DNA of 64,000 nt, taken from positions 1 to 64,000 of the forward strand of contig JAZDNN010000025.1 of NCBI GenBank assembly GCA_043799675.1, in the 5' to 3' direction. Positions 9,637 through 17,670 of this stretch are shown here, piece by piece; position 1 is the first letter of the stretch, and every line of letters begins with the position of its first letter. The translations under genes and the position numbers were made by a program. This DNA is from Candidatus Aenigmatarchaeota archaeon (GTDB taxonomy: Archaea > Aenigmatarchaeota > Aenigmatarchaeia > Aenigmatarchaeales > JACQIB01). The notes under the pieces were generated by a model. It did no database searches, was not told the origin of the DNA, and worked only from the letters and a program-made list of their open reading frames with translations.

Positions 9637-10353
9637 CTACTTGTCGAACTCGACCCTTGCGAAGTCGATGAATTCCCTTGAGCCTGGCTCGGCGACTATC
9701 TCGATGTTGTGCTCCTTTCCCTTGCTGATGTCCAGCTCGATTTTCAATGAATCGGCCGGCTGCTTGTTGTAGATTTCATTCCCGTCCAGAAGGATGGCCA
9801 TTTTGCCCTGGCTCTTGCTGAAAAACACGTTCAGGTAGGCATGCTTGAACGTGGATGGAGCAAGGAAGCTCTGGTTCAACCCGCTGAGAACCGTCCCGTA
9901 AACCTGCGCATCAAAAGTGTAGCTCGGGCTCTCCCACGGCAGGCTTTCAACTGTAGCTTCAAGCACGTTCTCGGTGTCAAGGAGCTCTATAGGGAAGGCG
10001 ATGGTTTGTCTTCCTGCGCTTGGCTTGCCCCTGTACATCTCCTGCCCGTTCAGCGTGAAAACAAGGTCGAAATCGGTATGCCTGAGCACGGTGAATCCCA
10101 GCACCCCGGCTTGCCAGTCTTCCGGCTTGACGTTGAACGGAAGCATCCATCCCTGCTCTCTGGTCACCGTTGCGGAGCTGTTCACCAGAAGATATGGCAG
10201 GTTCACCACCCTGACGTTCTCCCCTAGCACTATGTTCTGCTTCTGTGTGCCCAGGAAGGCGCCGCTGACGCCGGTGCTCGGCATGTTGACGGCCGCATAA
10301 GCCGCCACCATTATGACCAGTCCGGCAACCAGTATGACTAGGAACTCTCCCAC
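9637..10353 (-). CDS. membrane-anchored beta-rich hypothetical protein
   Basis: N-terminal TM and two similar segments (LNGQEMY / LDGNEIY). Confidence 0.7.
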   Translation of the reverse strand: MGEFLVILVAGLVIMVAAYAAVNMPSTGVSGAFLGTQKQNIVLGENVRVVNLPYLLVNSSATVTREQGWMLPFNVKPEDWQAGVLGFTVLRHTDFDLVFTLNGQEMYRGKPSAGRQTIAFPIELLDTENVLEATVESLPWESPSYTFDAQVYGTVLSGLNQSFLAPSTFKHAYLNVFFSKSQGKMAILLDGNEIYNKQPADSLKIELDISKGKEHNIEIVAEPGSREFIDFARVEFDK

Positions 10354-10540
10354 TTCAAAGCACCTGCAGCCTTCGGCTGCGAATCATCATTTGGTTGACA
10401 AAGTCAACTTGCATGTTACTTGGCACTATCGCAAATGTTAAAAACACGAGTTTTTTAGGTCCAGAACCGAATCTCTAGCATGAGCAAGCTACGCTTGCCA
10501 AAAATATGTTTGCCGCCGCTGCGGCAGGAGCTATGAATAC

Positions 10541-11551
10541 ATGAAGGCGCACTTCGACCCGAAGCATGATTTTGCCAGGATTACCCCGCAGAATGCTCCC
10601 GACCTGCGGCTGCTTAGCCTGATTATTGCTCCGGGAAGCCTGGTGAAAACCAAGACATTGAGAAGCGTGACCATCAGGCGCGGCCCCGACGAGAAAATCA
10701 AGGCCGGCAAGCGCGAAATGATTCTTACCGTCAAAGCCGAAAGGATAGAGCTTGAAAACGAGGAGCTGAGGGTCGGCGGGCCGATTGAGGAGGGGCCCGA
10801 TGAGGTGGAACTTCATTCATGGCATACCCTGGAGATTGAGCCTTTCCAGATGATTGAAGTCTGGAGGGAGTGGAAGGACTGGGAAATGGACCAGGTCAAG
10901 CAGGCCACCAGGCCGCCGGAGCCCGTGCTGGTCTGCATCCTGGACGAAAGGGACGCCGATATCTGGACGGTTTCGGACAGGGCGAAGCACCTTGTCCATG
11001 TGCGCGGCCCCGGCCTCGGGAAGAAGGAGGTTTACAAGAAGCCCGAGGAATACTACGGGGAAATTGTCAAGGTGCTTGAACGAAAAACGGACATACGGAA
11101 GTTCCTGCTTGCCGGTCCCGGTTTTACCAGGGAGAATCTGCAGAAATTCATCAAGGAACGGTTCAGGGAGCTGCTGCCCAGGCTTCTGCTTGAGAAGACC
11201 TACGAGACCGGCGAGGTCGGCCTGCGAGAGCTGCTGAAGAGCAAAGTGTTAGAGAAGATAGTCCAGAACAGCAGGCTGAGCGATGAGGCTGCTGCCGTGG
11301 AGGAGCTGATGGAGGAGATGGGCAGGAACGGCCCCGTGGCTTATGGCGAGAAGCCTGTAAAGGCTGCCCTGGAAGCCGGGGCGGTGGAAAGGCTGCTTGT
11401 GCTTGACAGCCAGGTTCGCCAATATAATAGCCTTCTTGACCTGGCCGAGCAATCCGGAGCCAAAATATTGATTATAGGCGGGGAAAGCTCTGCCGCCGAG
11501 AAGCTGGAAGGGCTTGGCGGCATAGCGGCAAAGCTGAAGTTCAAACCTTGA
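10541..11551 (+). CDS. pelA: mRNA surveillance / ribosome rescue factor Pelota
   Basis: HSWHTLEI, LAGPGF, VAYG...GAVERLLV, LEGLGGIAAKLKF. Confidence 0.95.
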   Translation: MKAHFDPKHDFARITPQNAPDLRLLSLIIAPGSLVKTKTLRSVTIRRGPDEKIKAGKREMILTVKAERIELENEELRVGGPIEEGPDEVELHSWHTLEIEPFQMIEVWREWKDWEMDQVKQATRPPEPVLVCILDERDADIWTVSDRAKHLVHVRGPGLGKKEVYKKPEEYYGEIVKVLERKTDIRKFLLAGPGFTRENLQKFIKERFRELLPRLLLEKTYETGEVGLRELLKSKVLEKIVQNSRLSDEAAAVEELMEEMGRNGPVAYGEKPVKAALEAGAVERLLVLDSQVRQYNSLLDLAEQSGAKILIIGGESSAAEKLEGLGGIAAKLKFKP

Positions 11552-11999
11552 GCACCAGCACGGCGTCCCATTCCTTTTCGGTCTTGATGAGCAGTTCCTT
11601 CTCGATTTTCAGCTTGGTCATTTGCTTGAGTTGCTGGAGCTTTTGCTCGAAGCTGTTCTCGTTGCAGAAGGCGGTCAGGACAATCCTTCCTTTCGACACC
11701 CGCTCAAGTTCCTTTACCCCCACGAGCAGATGAACGGTATCGATGCAGAACACCCAATCGAACGCCTTTTTCTTGAACGGAAGTTCGTCACCCGAGCAAA
11801 GCACCTTGAGTCCTTTCGCCTTCTTCAGGTTTTCCAGGTCTATGTCCGTTGCAACTGCAGGAATGAATTCTTCCAGGAAGCCCGGCCCCGCGCCGACGTC
11901 AAGGATCCTGCCCTTGGGCTTTATCTCCAGCAGGAGCTGTGCTATCTTTTCCCGCTGGGTCTTTGCCATCCAGCTGCCGTAAATCGAGCGGCTTATCAT
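11541..11999 (-). CDS. class I SAM-dependent methyltransferase
   Basis: ILDVGAGPG motif I and LPFKKKAFDWV; start at MISRS overlaps the upstream stop. Confidence 0.85.
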   Translation of the reverse strand: MISRSIYGSWMAKTQREKIAQLLLEIKPKGRILDVGAGPGFLEEFIPAVATDIDLENLKKAKGLKVLCSGDELPFKKKAFDWVFCIDTVHLLVGVKELERVSKGRIVLTAFCNENSFEQKLQQLKQMTKLKIEKELLIKTEKEWDAVLVLKV

Positions 12000-12676
12000 G
12001 CTTGGGCCTTCGTGGTCACTTGGTCGGTTTCGAGGACATACACCAGCGCTGCGGCGACATAACCATAGTCTTCGGGTATTCCGTTGATGTCGACAGTGGC
12101 CATCCTGAAATAGAATTCTGAGTTTGCTCTGAGGTATTTGACGTACGCGTTTTCCGGGTCCTTGAAGCCTTCGAACGCCTTGCCTTCGGCTTTGGCCTTC
12201 TTTTCCCATTCCCTTTTTCCGAGCAGAGGTTCCGTTGCATGCTGCATCCTTGCTGTAAAATAGGGGGCGGGAGTTATGGTCAACCTCTCCGCTTCGGCTA
12301 TGTCTACAAGGGAAAGCATGACCTCCCGTTTGATGCGGCCCTCGGTCTTGTAGCCGCTCGCCTCGACCACATAGGCCTTCCTGGCACCTTCCTTGCTTTT
12401 CATCCATGCTACGCCGACACCTGCGCCTATGTTCTCGCCTTCGGTGCCGGCCTGATGGGCGAACACGGAGAACGCTATTGCGGCATGAGGTATGCTTTTT
12501 TTGTCATAGTCCTCCTCTTTCGCGTCCGGGTCCAGGACCGAGCTCACTTCGATGATGTTGCACTGCTGTATGCCCGCCTTAATCAGCGCCTTCTGCATGG
12601 CACCCTTTTCCGTGTCGGAAGAATCCCCGCCCTTTGTAAGGAAGAATTTCTTGGCAACCGGCCAGTAATCGGTCAT
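11996..12676 (-). CDS. pdaD: pyruvoyl-dependent arginine decarboxylase
   Basis: ALIKAGIQQCNIIEVSSVLDP with the Ser-Ser autocleavage site, GAGVGVA, YVVE, C-terminal VAAALVY. Confidence 0.75.
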   Translation of the reverse strand: MTDYWPVAKKFFLTKGGDSSDTEKGAMQKALIKAGIQQCNIIEVSSVLDPDAKEEDYDKKSIPHAAIAFSVFAHQAGTEGENIGAGVGVAWMKSKEGARKAYVVEASGYKTEGRIKREVMLSLVDIAEAERLTITPAPYFTARMQHATEPLLGKREWEKKAKAEGKAFEGFKDPENAYVKYLRANSEFYFRMATVDINGIPEDYGYVAAALVYVLETDQVTTKAQA

Positions 12677-12710
12677 TTTTAGTTTTCACCTGCACTCGGG
12701 AGAAGGATAC

Positions 12711-13559
12711 TTACTGCCTTCTGGGATAAAAAACCATCGCAGACTGGTGGACCCGTCGGGACTCGAACCCGAAGCCTCCTGCAGCCAAGCGCAGTTGATC
12801 AGCATCTGCAACCGCGGTGCCATGCAGGCGATCTTCCAGTTGATCTACGGGCCCATTGTTACTCGTGCTCAGGAACCTTAAGAATCTTATTCGATCAGCT
12901 TTCAGAAGGTAAATTGAATACAAGCCGGCGCGCTTAGAACGTGATATACCACATCTAAAACTGAATTTCTTTATGGTCTCTAGAACTTGCTTGGCGAGTT
13001 CCACCGAAGTGGTGTAATAGCACACTCGCCCGCAGGCAACAGTTCCGTCTGTATCCAACAGTCCTTTTAGAAAGCCCCTGAGGAACTCGTCAGAAAGGTC
13101 TGATTGCAACTGGACAGTTTTGGATTTATTTTCTGCTTCAAATTGTAAGTAATTAAAGAAAAAGTTATAGACCTTTTTGGAGCGCACTTCGATAAATCTT
13201 TTGTCGTGGTACCTGCATAACCTGAAAGGCAATCCGAAACAACAGTTGTATAATTTTTGAACGTATAGAATATACTTCAGGTGTTTGATGCTGGAATGAA
13301 TGCGTACGTTGTAACCGTACCATTTGGGTACAAAATGAATACTGCCGTCTCCGCAGAAAATTCCAACAACTTCTCCCAACTGTCTATCCGAGTCGAACAA
13401 AATTCTTGGCCGGCGAACTGTAGGTCCCCTGATTTTCTTGAAATGATAGTAGACCGTCGTTTTGCTAATTCCAAGCTCCTTTGCTATGGAATTTAGAGAA
13501 TGGCCGTTTCGTGCCAGACTGCGAATAACATTGATTTTATTCTCAGCCAATTTGGCCAT
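12711..13559 (-). CDS. free-standing LAGLIDADG endonuclease-like protein with N-terminal HTH
   Basis: HTH SLNSIAKELGISKTTVYYH; motifs GEVVGIFCGDGS and FLKGLLDTDGT; AT-richer than flanks; frame runs through tRNA-Ala. Confidence 0.85.
   Translation of the reverse strand: MAKLAENKINVIRSLARNGHSLNSIAKELGISKTTVYYHFKKIRGPTVRRPRILFDSDRQLGEVVGIFCGDGSIHFVPKWYGYNVRIHSSIKHLKYILYVQKLYNCCFGLPFRLCRYHDKRFIEVRSKKVYNFFFNYLQFEAENKSKTVQLQSDLSDEFLRGFLKGLLDTDGTVACGRVCYYTTSVELAKQVLETIKKFSFRCGISRSKRAGLYSIYLLKADRIRFLRFLSTSNNGPVDQLEDRLHGTAVADADQLRLAAGGFGFESRRVHQSAMVFYPRRQ
12745..12854 (-). tRNA. tRNA-Ala(GGC) with a 34-nt intron at 37/38 (12784-12817)
   Basis: GGGCCCG/CGGGTCC with G3:U70, plus ACCA; CCTGC-AT-GGC-A|T-GCAGG; intron hairpin CGCGGTTG/CAACTGCG. 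Confidence 0.9.
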
Positions 13560-13596
13560 AGAATGCTTACAAATAGGTCACATAAAATGTTGTTGA

Positions 13597-13686
13597 TGGT
13601 GGGCCCACGCAGAGTCGAACTGCGCCCTCTACCTTGTAAGGGAACCGCGGAACATCCTTAGCGTCCTACCGATAGACGATGAGCCC
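13597..13686 (-). tRNA. tRNA-Val(UAC) with a 16-nt intron at 29/30 (13643-13658)
   Basis: GGGCTCA/TGGGCCC plus ACCA; CTA|CC-CT-TAC-AA-GGTAG after removing AGGATGTTCCGCGGTT. Confidence 0.85.
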
Positions 13687-13721
13687 ATTGGCTTTTATTC
13701 CCCGATGCTTAAAAGTGGAGT

Positions 13722-15281
13722 ATGCAGTTGAAGCTTGCGACCAATCTTTCTGTCGATGCCCAGGGGATTGCCACGGGCAGGACCTGCGTGATAGCCCAGA
13801 GCGGGGCGGGAAAGAGCTACCTGATAGCGGTCCTCTGCGAAAAGATGCTGAAGGAAGGGATACCGTTCGCGATAATAGATACGGAAGGGGAGTATTTTTC
13901 GCTGAAGCAGAAGTTCCAGCTGCTCTGGGTCGGCGGGGAAGGGGCGGACCTGGAGCTCGAAAAGGTCGATCTGAAGAGGCTTGCGGAGCGTGTGGTAAAG
14001 GAGAATGCCCCCGTCATATTCGATGTTTCAGATTCGTTGGACGACAAGCAGGCGGTGGCGGGTTTTTGCAATGCCCTGTATGCCGTCGAGACGAAGGCAA
14101 AGAAACCCTATCTGCTGATAATCGAGGAGGCCGACAAGTTCGCCCCGCAACTCATCGACAAGGACGGGAAAAAGGCCGGTGCGTTGGAGGCAATAGAAGA
14201 GATTGCGCGCCGGGGAAGGAAGCGCGGTCTGGGCCTTCTCATAGCCAGCCAGCGGCCTGCAGTGGTGAACAAGAACGTGCTCAGCCAGTGCGGCAACCAG
14301 TTCATAGGCAAGCTGACCACCGAGAACGACCTTGCGGCCGTCAATCTTTTCTTTTCCGGAAGGAAGGAGCTCGACCAGCTGCCGAAGCTCGAGGAGGGCG
14401 AGTTCTTTGCGATGGGCGGCCTCTCCAGGAACAGGATTCGCTTCAAATCGTTTGCCAGGCTCACGCAGCATGAAGGATTGACGCCCAAGCTGATTCCGCA
14501 GCTTGCCGGGAAGATATCAAAGCTGAAGTCCGCACTGAAGGGCGGCGTTGTCGAAAGGCATACCGCGGACGAGGGGCCGAAGAACGCCTTCTACGGGATT
14601 CCGGTAAAGGTTGACCGCAATGGCGCCCTCGACATCGCGGAGATGAAGGGAAGGCATTTCCTGGGAAAACGGGACAGTCTGGTTGGTCTGGAGCTCGTCT
14701 GGGAACCCATGGTCTACATCGAGGAGGAGATTCTCGGCAGTCTGTTTCACCGAAGCAATTCAACGGTTTCTTTCGTCGTCGATTCCGCCACCGGCGAGCT
14801 TGCAGAAGTCCGGAACGGACTGCGCCTGTTTTCGGGATTCGATAAGCTGCTGGGCAGGACCGAGAACGAGGCGCGTTTCCTGCTGTCGATAGAAAAGAAA
14901 GGGACCACCCTTGCGGAGCTTGAGGTAAAGACGGGCCTTTCCGCCGGAGCTTTGCACGAGATTGCCGTCCGTTTGAGGTCGGCAAGGCTCCTCTCTTGGT
15001 CCGTGCGAAAGAATGTCAACTTCTATTTCCCGTTGAGGTCTTTTCGTGCACCCTTTTTGGACAGGGACGCCTCCTGGAATGCCGAGAAGATAGTCGCCCG
15101 CGGGGAGCTTGCTGAGCAGAAGCTGGATGAGAATTCATTGAGAAGGCTGCTGAAGGCCATGAATTCCCGTTCCGAGATAACCGAATTCAAGCCCTTTTAC
15201 TATCCGGTCTGGCACGCCAGGTTGCAGGGGAAGAATGCCAGGCTTGTCAGGATTGACGGCGTGACGGGCAGAGAAATCTGA
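13722..15281 (+). CDS. HerA/FtsK-family ATPase (DUF87) with a C-terminal winged-helix region
   Basis: Walker A AQSGAGKS, IIDTEGEY, Walker B IIEEADKFAP, RGRKRGLG, SQRPA. Confidence 0.9.
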   Translation: MQLKLATNLSVDAQGIATGRTCVIAQSGAGKSYLIAVLCEKMLKEGIPFAIIDTEGEYFSLKQKFQLLWVGGEGADLELEKVDLKRLAERVVKENAPVIFDVSDSLDDKQAVAGFCNALYAVETKAKKPYLLIIEEADKFAPQLIDKDGKKAGALEAIEEIARRGRKRGLGLLIASQRPAVVNKNVLSQCGNQFIGKLTTENDLAAVNLFFSGRKELDQLPKLEEGEFFAMGGLSRNRIRFKSFARLTQHEGLTPKLIPQLAGKISKLKSALKGGVVERHTADEGPKNAFYGIPVKVDRNGALDIAEMKGRHFLGKRDSLVGLELVWEPMVYIEEEILGSLFHRSNSTVSFVVDSATGELAEVRNGLRLFSGFDKLLGRTENEARFLLSIEKKGTTLAELEVKTGLSAGALHEIAVRLRSARLLSWSVRKNVNFYFPLRSFRAPFLDRDASWNAEKIVARGELAEQKLDENSLRRLLKAMNSRSEITEFKPFYYPVWHARLQGKNARLVRIDGVTGREI

Positions 15282-15383
15282 TGGTGCGCCGACGGGGATT
15301 TGAACCCCGGTCATGAGCTATTTCCGGTAGCTTGGGAAGCATATCCGCTTGCGCTTCAGATCCTACCACTAGACTATCGGCGC
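15282..15383 (-). tRNA. tRNA-Gly(CCC) with two introns (29/30: 15341-15355; 37/38: 15320-15332)
   Basis: GCGCCGA/TCGGCGC plus ACCA; TGA|GC-TT-CCC-A|A-GCTCA; BHB central helices ATCT/GGAT and TTCC/GGAA. Confidence 0.9.
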
Positions 15384-15430
15384 AAACAGAATGAATTGCT
15401 GGAGCTTAAATTCTCTTGGTTTGCTTTCCT

Positions 15431-15733
15431 TCAGCCGAAAATGCCGCCGAAACCTTCCGCTGCCTTTTCCTGCTCCTCGACTATCTTCTTCTTGGCATGC
15501 TCGAACTCCGCGGGCTTTGCTTCCGCTTCGAACTCCTTCAGGAATTCCTTGCATTTCTTCACTCCCTCTTCGCTGCCGGTGATGTAGAAGAAGCTCCCCT
15601 CCTTGTTTATTCCCAGCGCTTTCGCATCCCTGACGGTGATGCTCTGCTTCGCGCACACGTCGAAATCGCTTCTGAGCCTCTGCTCGGCCTGTCCGGCCTT
15701 CTCGCGCGGGACGAATGCAATAAATTCAGCCAT
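15431..15733 (-). CDS. conserved hypothetical protein
   Basis: 100-aa ORF ending AAEGFGGIFG, host-like codon usage. Confidence 0.75.
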   Translation of the reverse strand: MAEFIAFVPREKAGQAEQRLRSDFDVCAKQSITVRDAKALGINKEGSFFYITGSEEGVKKCKEFLKEFEAEAKPAEFEHAKKKIVEEQEKAAEGFGGIFG

Positions 15734-15770
15734 AGGCGGTTTTAAGTAATCTACAGGTTTTAAATTGAAT

Positions 15771-15858
15771 GCCTCGGTGGCTCAGTCAGAAGAGCGGCTG
15801 ACACTGGCCGAATCTCGTAAACAGCAGGTCGAGGGTGCAATTCCCTCCCGAGGCTCCA
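15771..15858 (+). tRNA. tRNA-Thr(CGU) with a 12-nt intron at 30/31 (15801-15812)
   Basis: GCCTCGG/CCGAGGC plus TCCA; GCTG|T-CT-CGT-AA-ACAGC; BHB helix CGGC/GCCG. Confidence 0.9.
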
Positions 15859-15951
15859 CTCCACCATTATGGACGTTTTGGAGGCATGTGCTTCCCTTGG
15901 GCTTTTAAGGTTTGTGCAAGGGTTTTATACTGTAAGGTTCAAGTTGATTTG

Positions 15952-16386
15952 ATGATTGAGAAGGAACAGGCGGACCACAAGGTCAAGTCGGGCCATCTGC
16001 GCGTCTGGATGGGATTTGACGCCCTTGCCATCAAGGAAGAGGTGGCAAAGAAAGCGCTGGAAGGCCTGATGGACAAGCTTGATTTGGATGCCCGCGTGAA
16101 GGTCTACAAGAAGGAGTTCAAGGAAGCCCAGAAGGTAGAGAATCCGTTCAAAGGAATACCGGAGGCATGGTCCGTCATGGCGAGCGTGGAGATAGTCGCA
16201 AAGAATCTCAGCGACCTTGTCTGCATGGTCATGGAATACGGGCCGTCTGCAATCGAGCTCCTCGAACCGAGCAAGTTCGGCCTTGACGCGGGAGAGGCCC
16301 AGGCCGTACTCAATTCCGTTGCGGACATGATGCACAGGTTCGCGGCCGCCGGAGTGGGCGGGGCGATGATAGTGCAGGGAAAGTGA
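15952..16386 (+). CDS. conserved hypothetical protein
   Basis: Contains MEYGPSAIELLEP; TATA-like ttttatac upstream. Confidence 0.75.
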   Translation: MIEKEQADHKVKSGHLRVWMGFDALAIKEEVAKKALEGLMDKLDLDARVKVYKKEFKEAQKVENPFKGIPEAWSVMASVEIVAKNLSDLVCMVMEYGPSAIELLEPSKFGLDAGEAQAVLNSVADMMHRFAAAGVGGAMIVQGK

Positions 16387-16390
16387 TTCG

Positions 16391-17314
16391 GTGAAGTGCA
16401 TTCTTATTGCTGTTGCCATTTTGCTGTCGGTTACCGCAGCTTTTGCGGCGGAGCAGAACAATTATGTCACGGTGGAGACAAGGATATTTTCGGATGACAC
16501 GGCTCACGTCGGTATAAGCATCACGCTCGACTCCCCGCAGCAGGGCGAGATAAGCGTCCCCGTTTCCGGGGTAACGGACTTCTCAAAGGTGACGACCGAG
16601 GCGAACTTTGACGGATTTTCCTGCCGGCCGATTGACAGCAGTTCCTACGATCTGCTGCTGGTCTGCGATGTCAGTTCGATAACGAACAGTCGCGGTTCGT
16701 TCAAGGTTGAGTTCGATACGAATAGTCTTGTGAACAGCGCCAACTTCAAGAAGTTTCACCAACAGATAATAGCGCCGGCCGGTTTCAAGTTCGCGCGCAT
16801 GCAGCTCAAGCTCACGCTCCCCGAGGGTTCGGATGTGAAGGATTATTCCCCGTCCGATCCTTCCATCGTTTCGATTTCCAAGCGCGGCACAGTCACCGAT
16901 ATTCTTTGGACCAGGCAGAATGTTCTTCCCACGGATACGCTTGACGCCCGCGCTACCTATTCCCCTTCGAACGAGGACGTGAACCTTTCGATTTTTTACG
17001 GCGTGATTGTCGTGCTTGCCGTTCTGGCGGGCGGCGCGTTCGTGTATCGCAGGAGATTGAGTCCGGAGATGATGATGCCGATGATGAAGAGCGACGAGAA
17101 GCTTGTAATGGAATCGTTACTGAAGCACGGAGGCAACGTCCATCAGAAGATAGTTGTCCGCGAGAGCGATTACAGCAAGGCAAAGGTGAGCAAGGTGCTG
17201 AAAAGTCTCGCCGACCGCGGTGTCGTCAGGCTCGAACGGGTCGGAAGGAGCAACATGGTGCACCTGAGCAAGCAGTTCAATAAGGAGAAACAAAAAGGCT
17301 CGGGAAACAATTAA
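16391..17314 (+). CDS. membrane-anchored protein with cytoplasmic winged-helix (COG2512-like)
   Basis: Signal peptide, beta domain, TM, then QKIVVRESDYSKAKVSKVLKSLADRGVVRLERVGRSN. Confidence 0.85.
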   Translation: MKCILIAVAILLSVTAAFAAEQNNYVTVETRIFSDDTAHVGISITLDSPQQGEISVPVSGVTDFSKVTTEANFDGFSCRPIDSSSYDLLLVCDVSSITNSRGSFKVEFDTNSLVNSANFKKFHQQIIAPAGFKFARMQLKLTLPEGSDVKDYSPSDPSIVSISKRGTVTDILWTRQNVLPTDTLDARATYSPSNEDVNLSIFYGVIVVLAVLAGGAFVYRRRLSPEMMMPMMKSDEKLVMESLLKHGGNVHQKIVVRESDYSKAKVSKVLKSLADRGVVRLERVGRSNMVHLSKQFNKEKQKGSGNN

Positions 17315-17420
17315 AAGGCACAAAAGACCTTATTTTAGTCCGGAAGTGCCCTGGAAAGGCTTCTTATGTCGTCATGTGAACGGTTTCCGTTGATAGATAT
17401 ATCCCCTCCAAGGCGAGTAT

Positions 17421-17670
17421 GTTGCAGCCGTTTGGCGCCTAGATGGACGCAGCCCAAAGGCCAGCGCAAACCAGCGCGCGCCGGGCTAATGCGTCCGCAC
17501 GCAGCATCGCAAGGTGATGCGTGGCGGGATCAGCAATGGTTCCGTATCATGTTGCGCGCGCTGCAACTCAGCGGCGGCGGAACAAAAAACAAACACGTTC
17601 CGCTGCACGCGATGTTCAGTCGCGCACATTTCGGCGCAGGACGGCAAACAAACCAATGGAGGAATAGAAA
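17421..17670 (+). promoter_or_regulatory. long, highly structured 5' leader of the S-layer gene
   Basis: Several complementary stems (see findings), TATA-like gatatat at about 17396, RBS ggagg at 17658. Confidence 0.55.

Noticed and set aside
11541..12407. 288-aa methyltransferase ORF as listed in the track
   Set aside because: The N-terminal part is an off-frame overlap with pdaD; the likely start is 11999.
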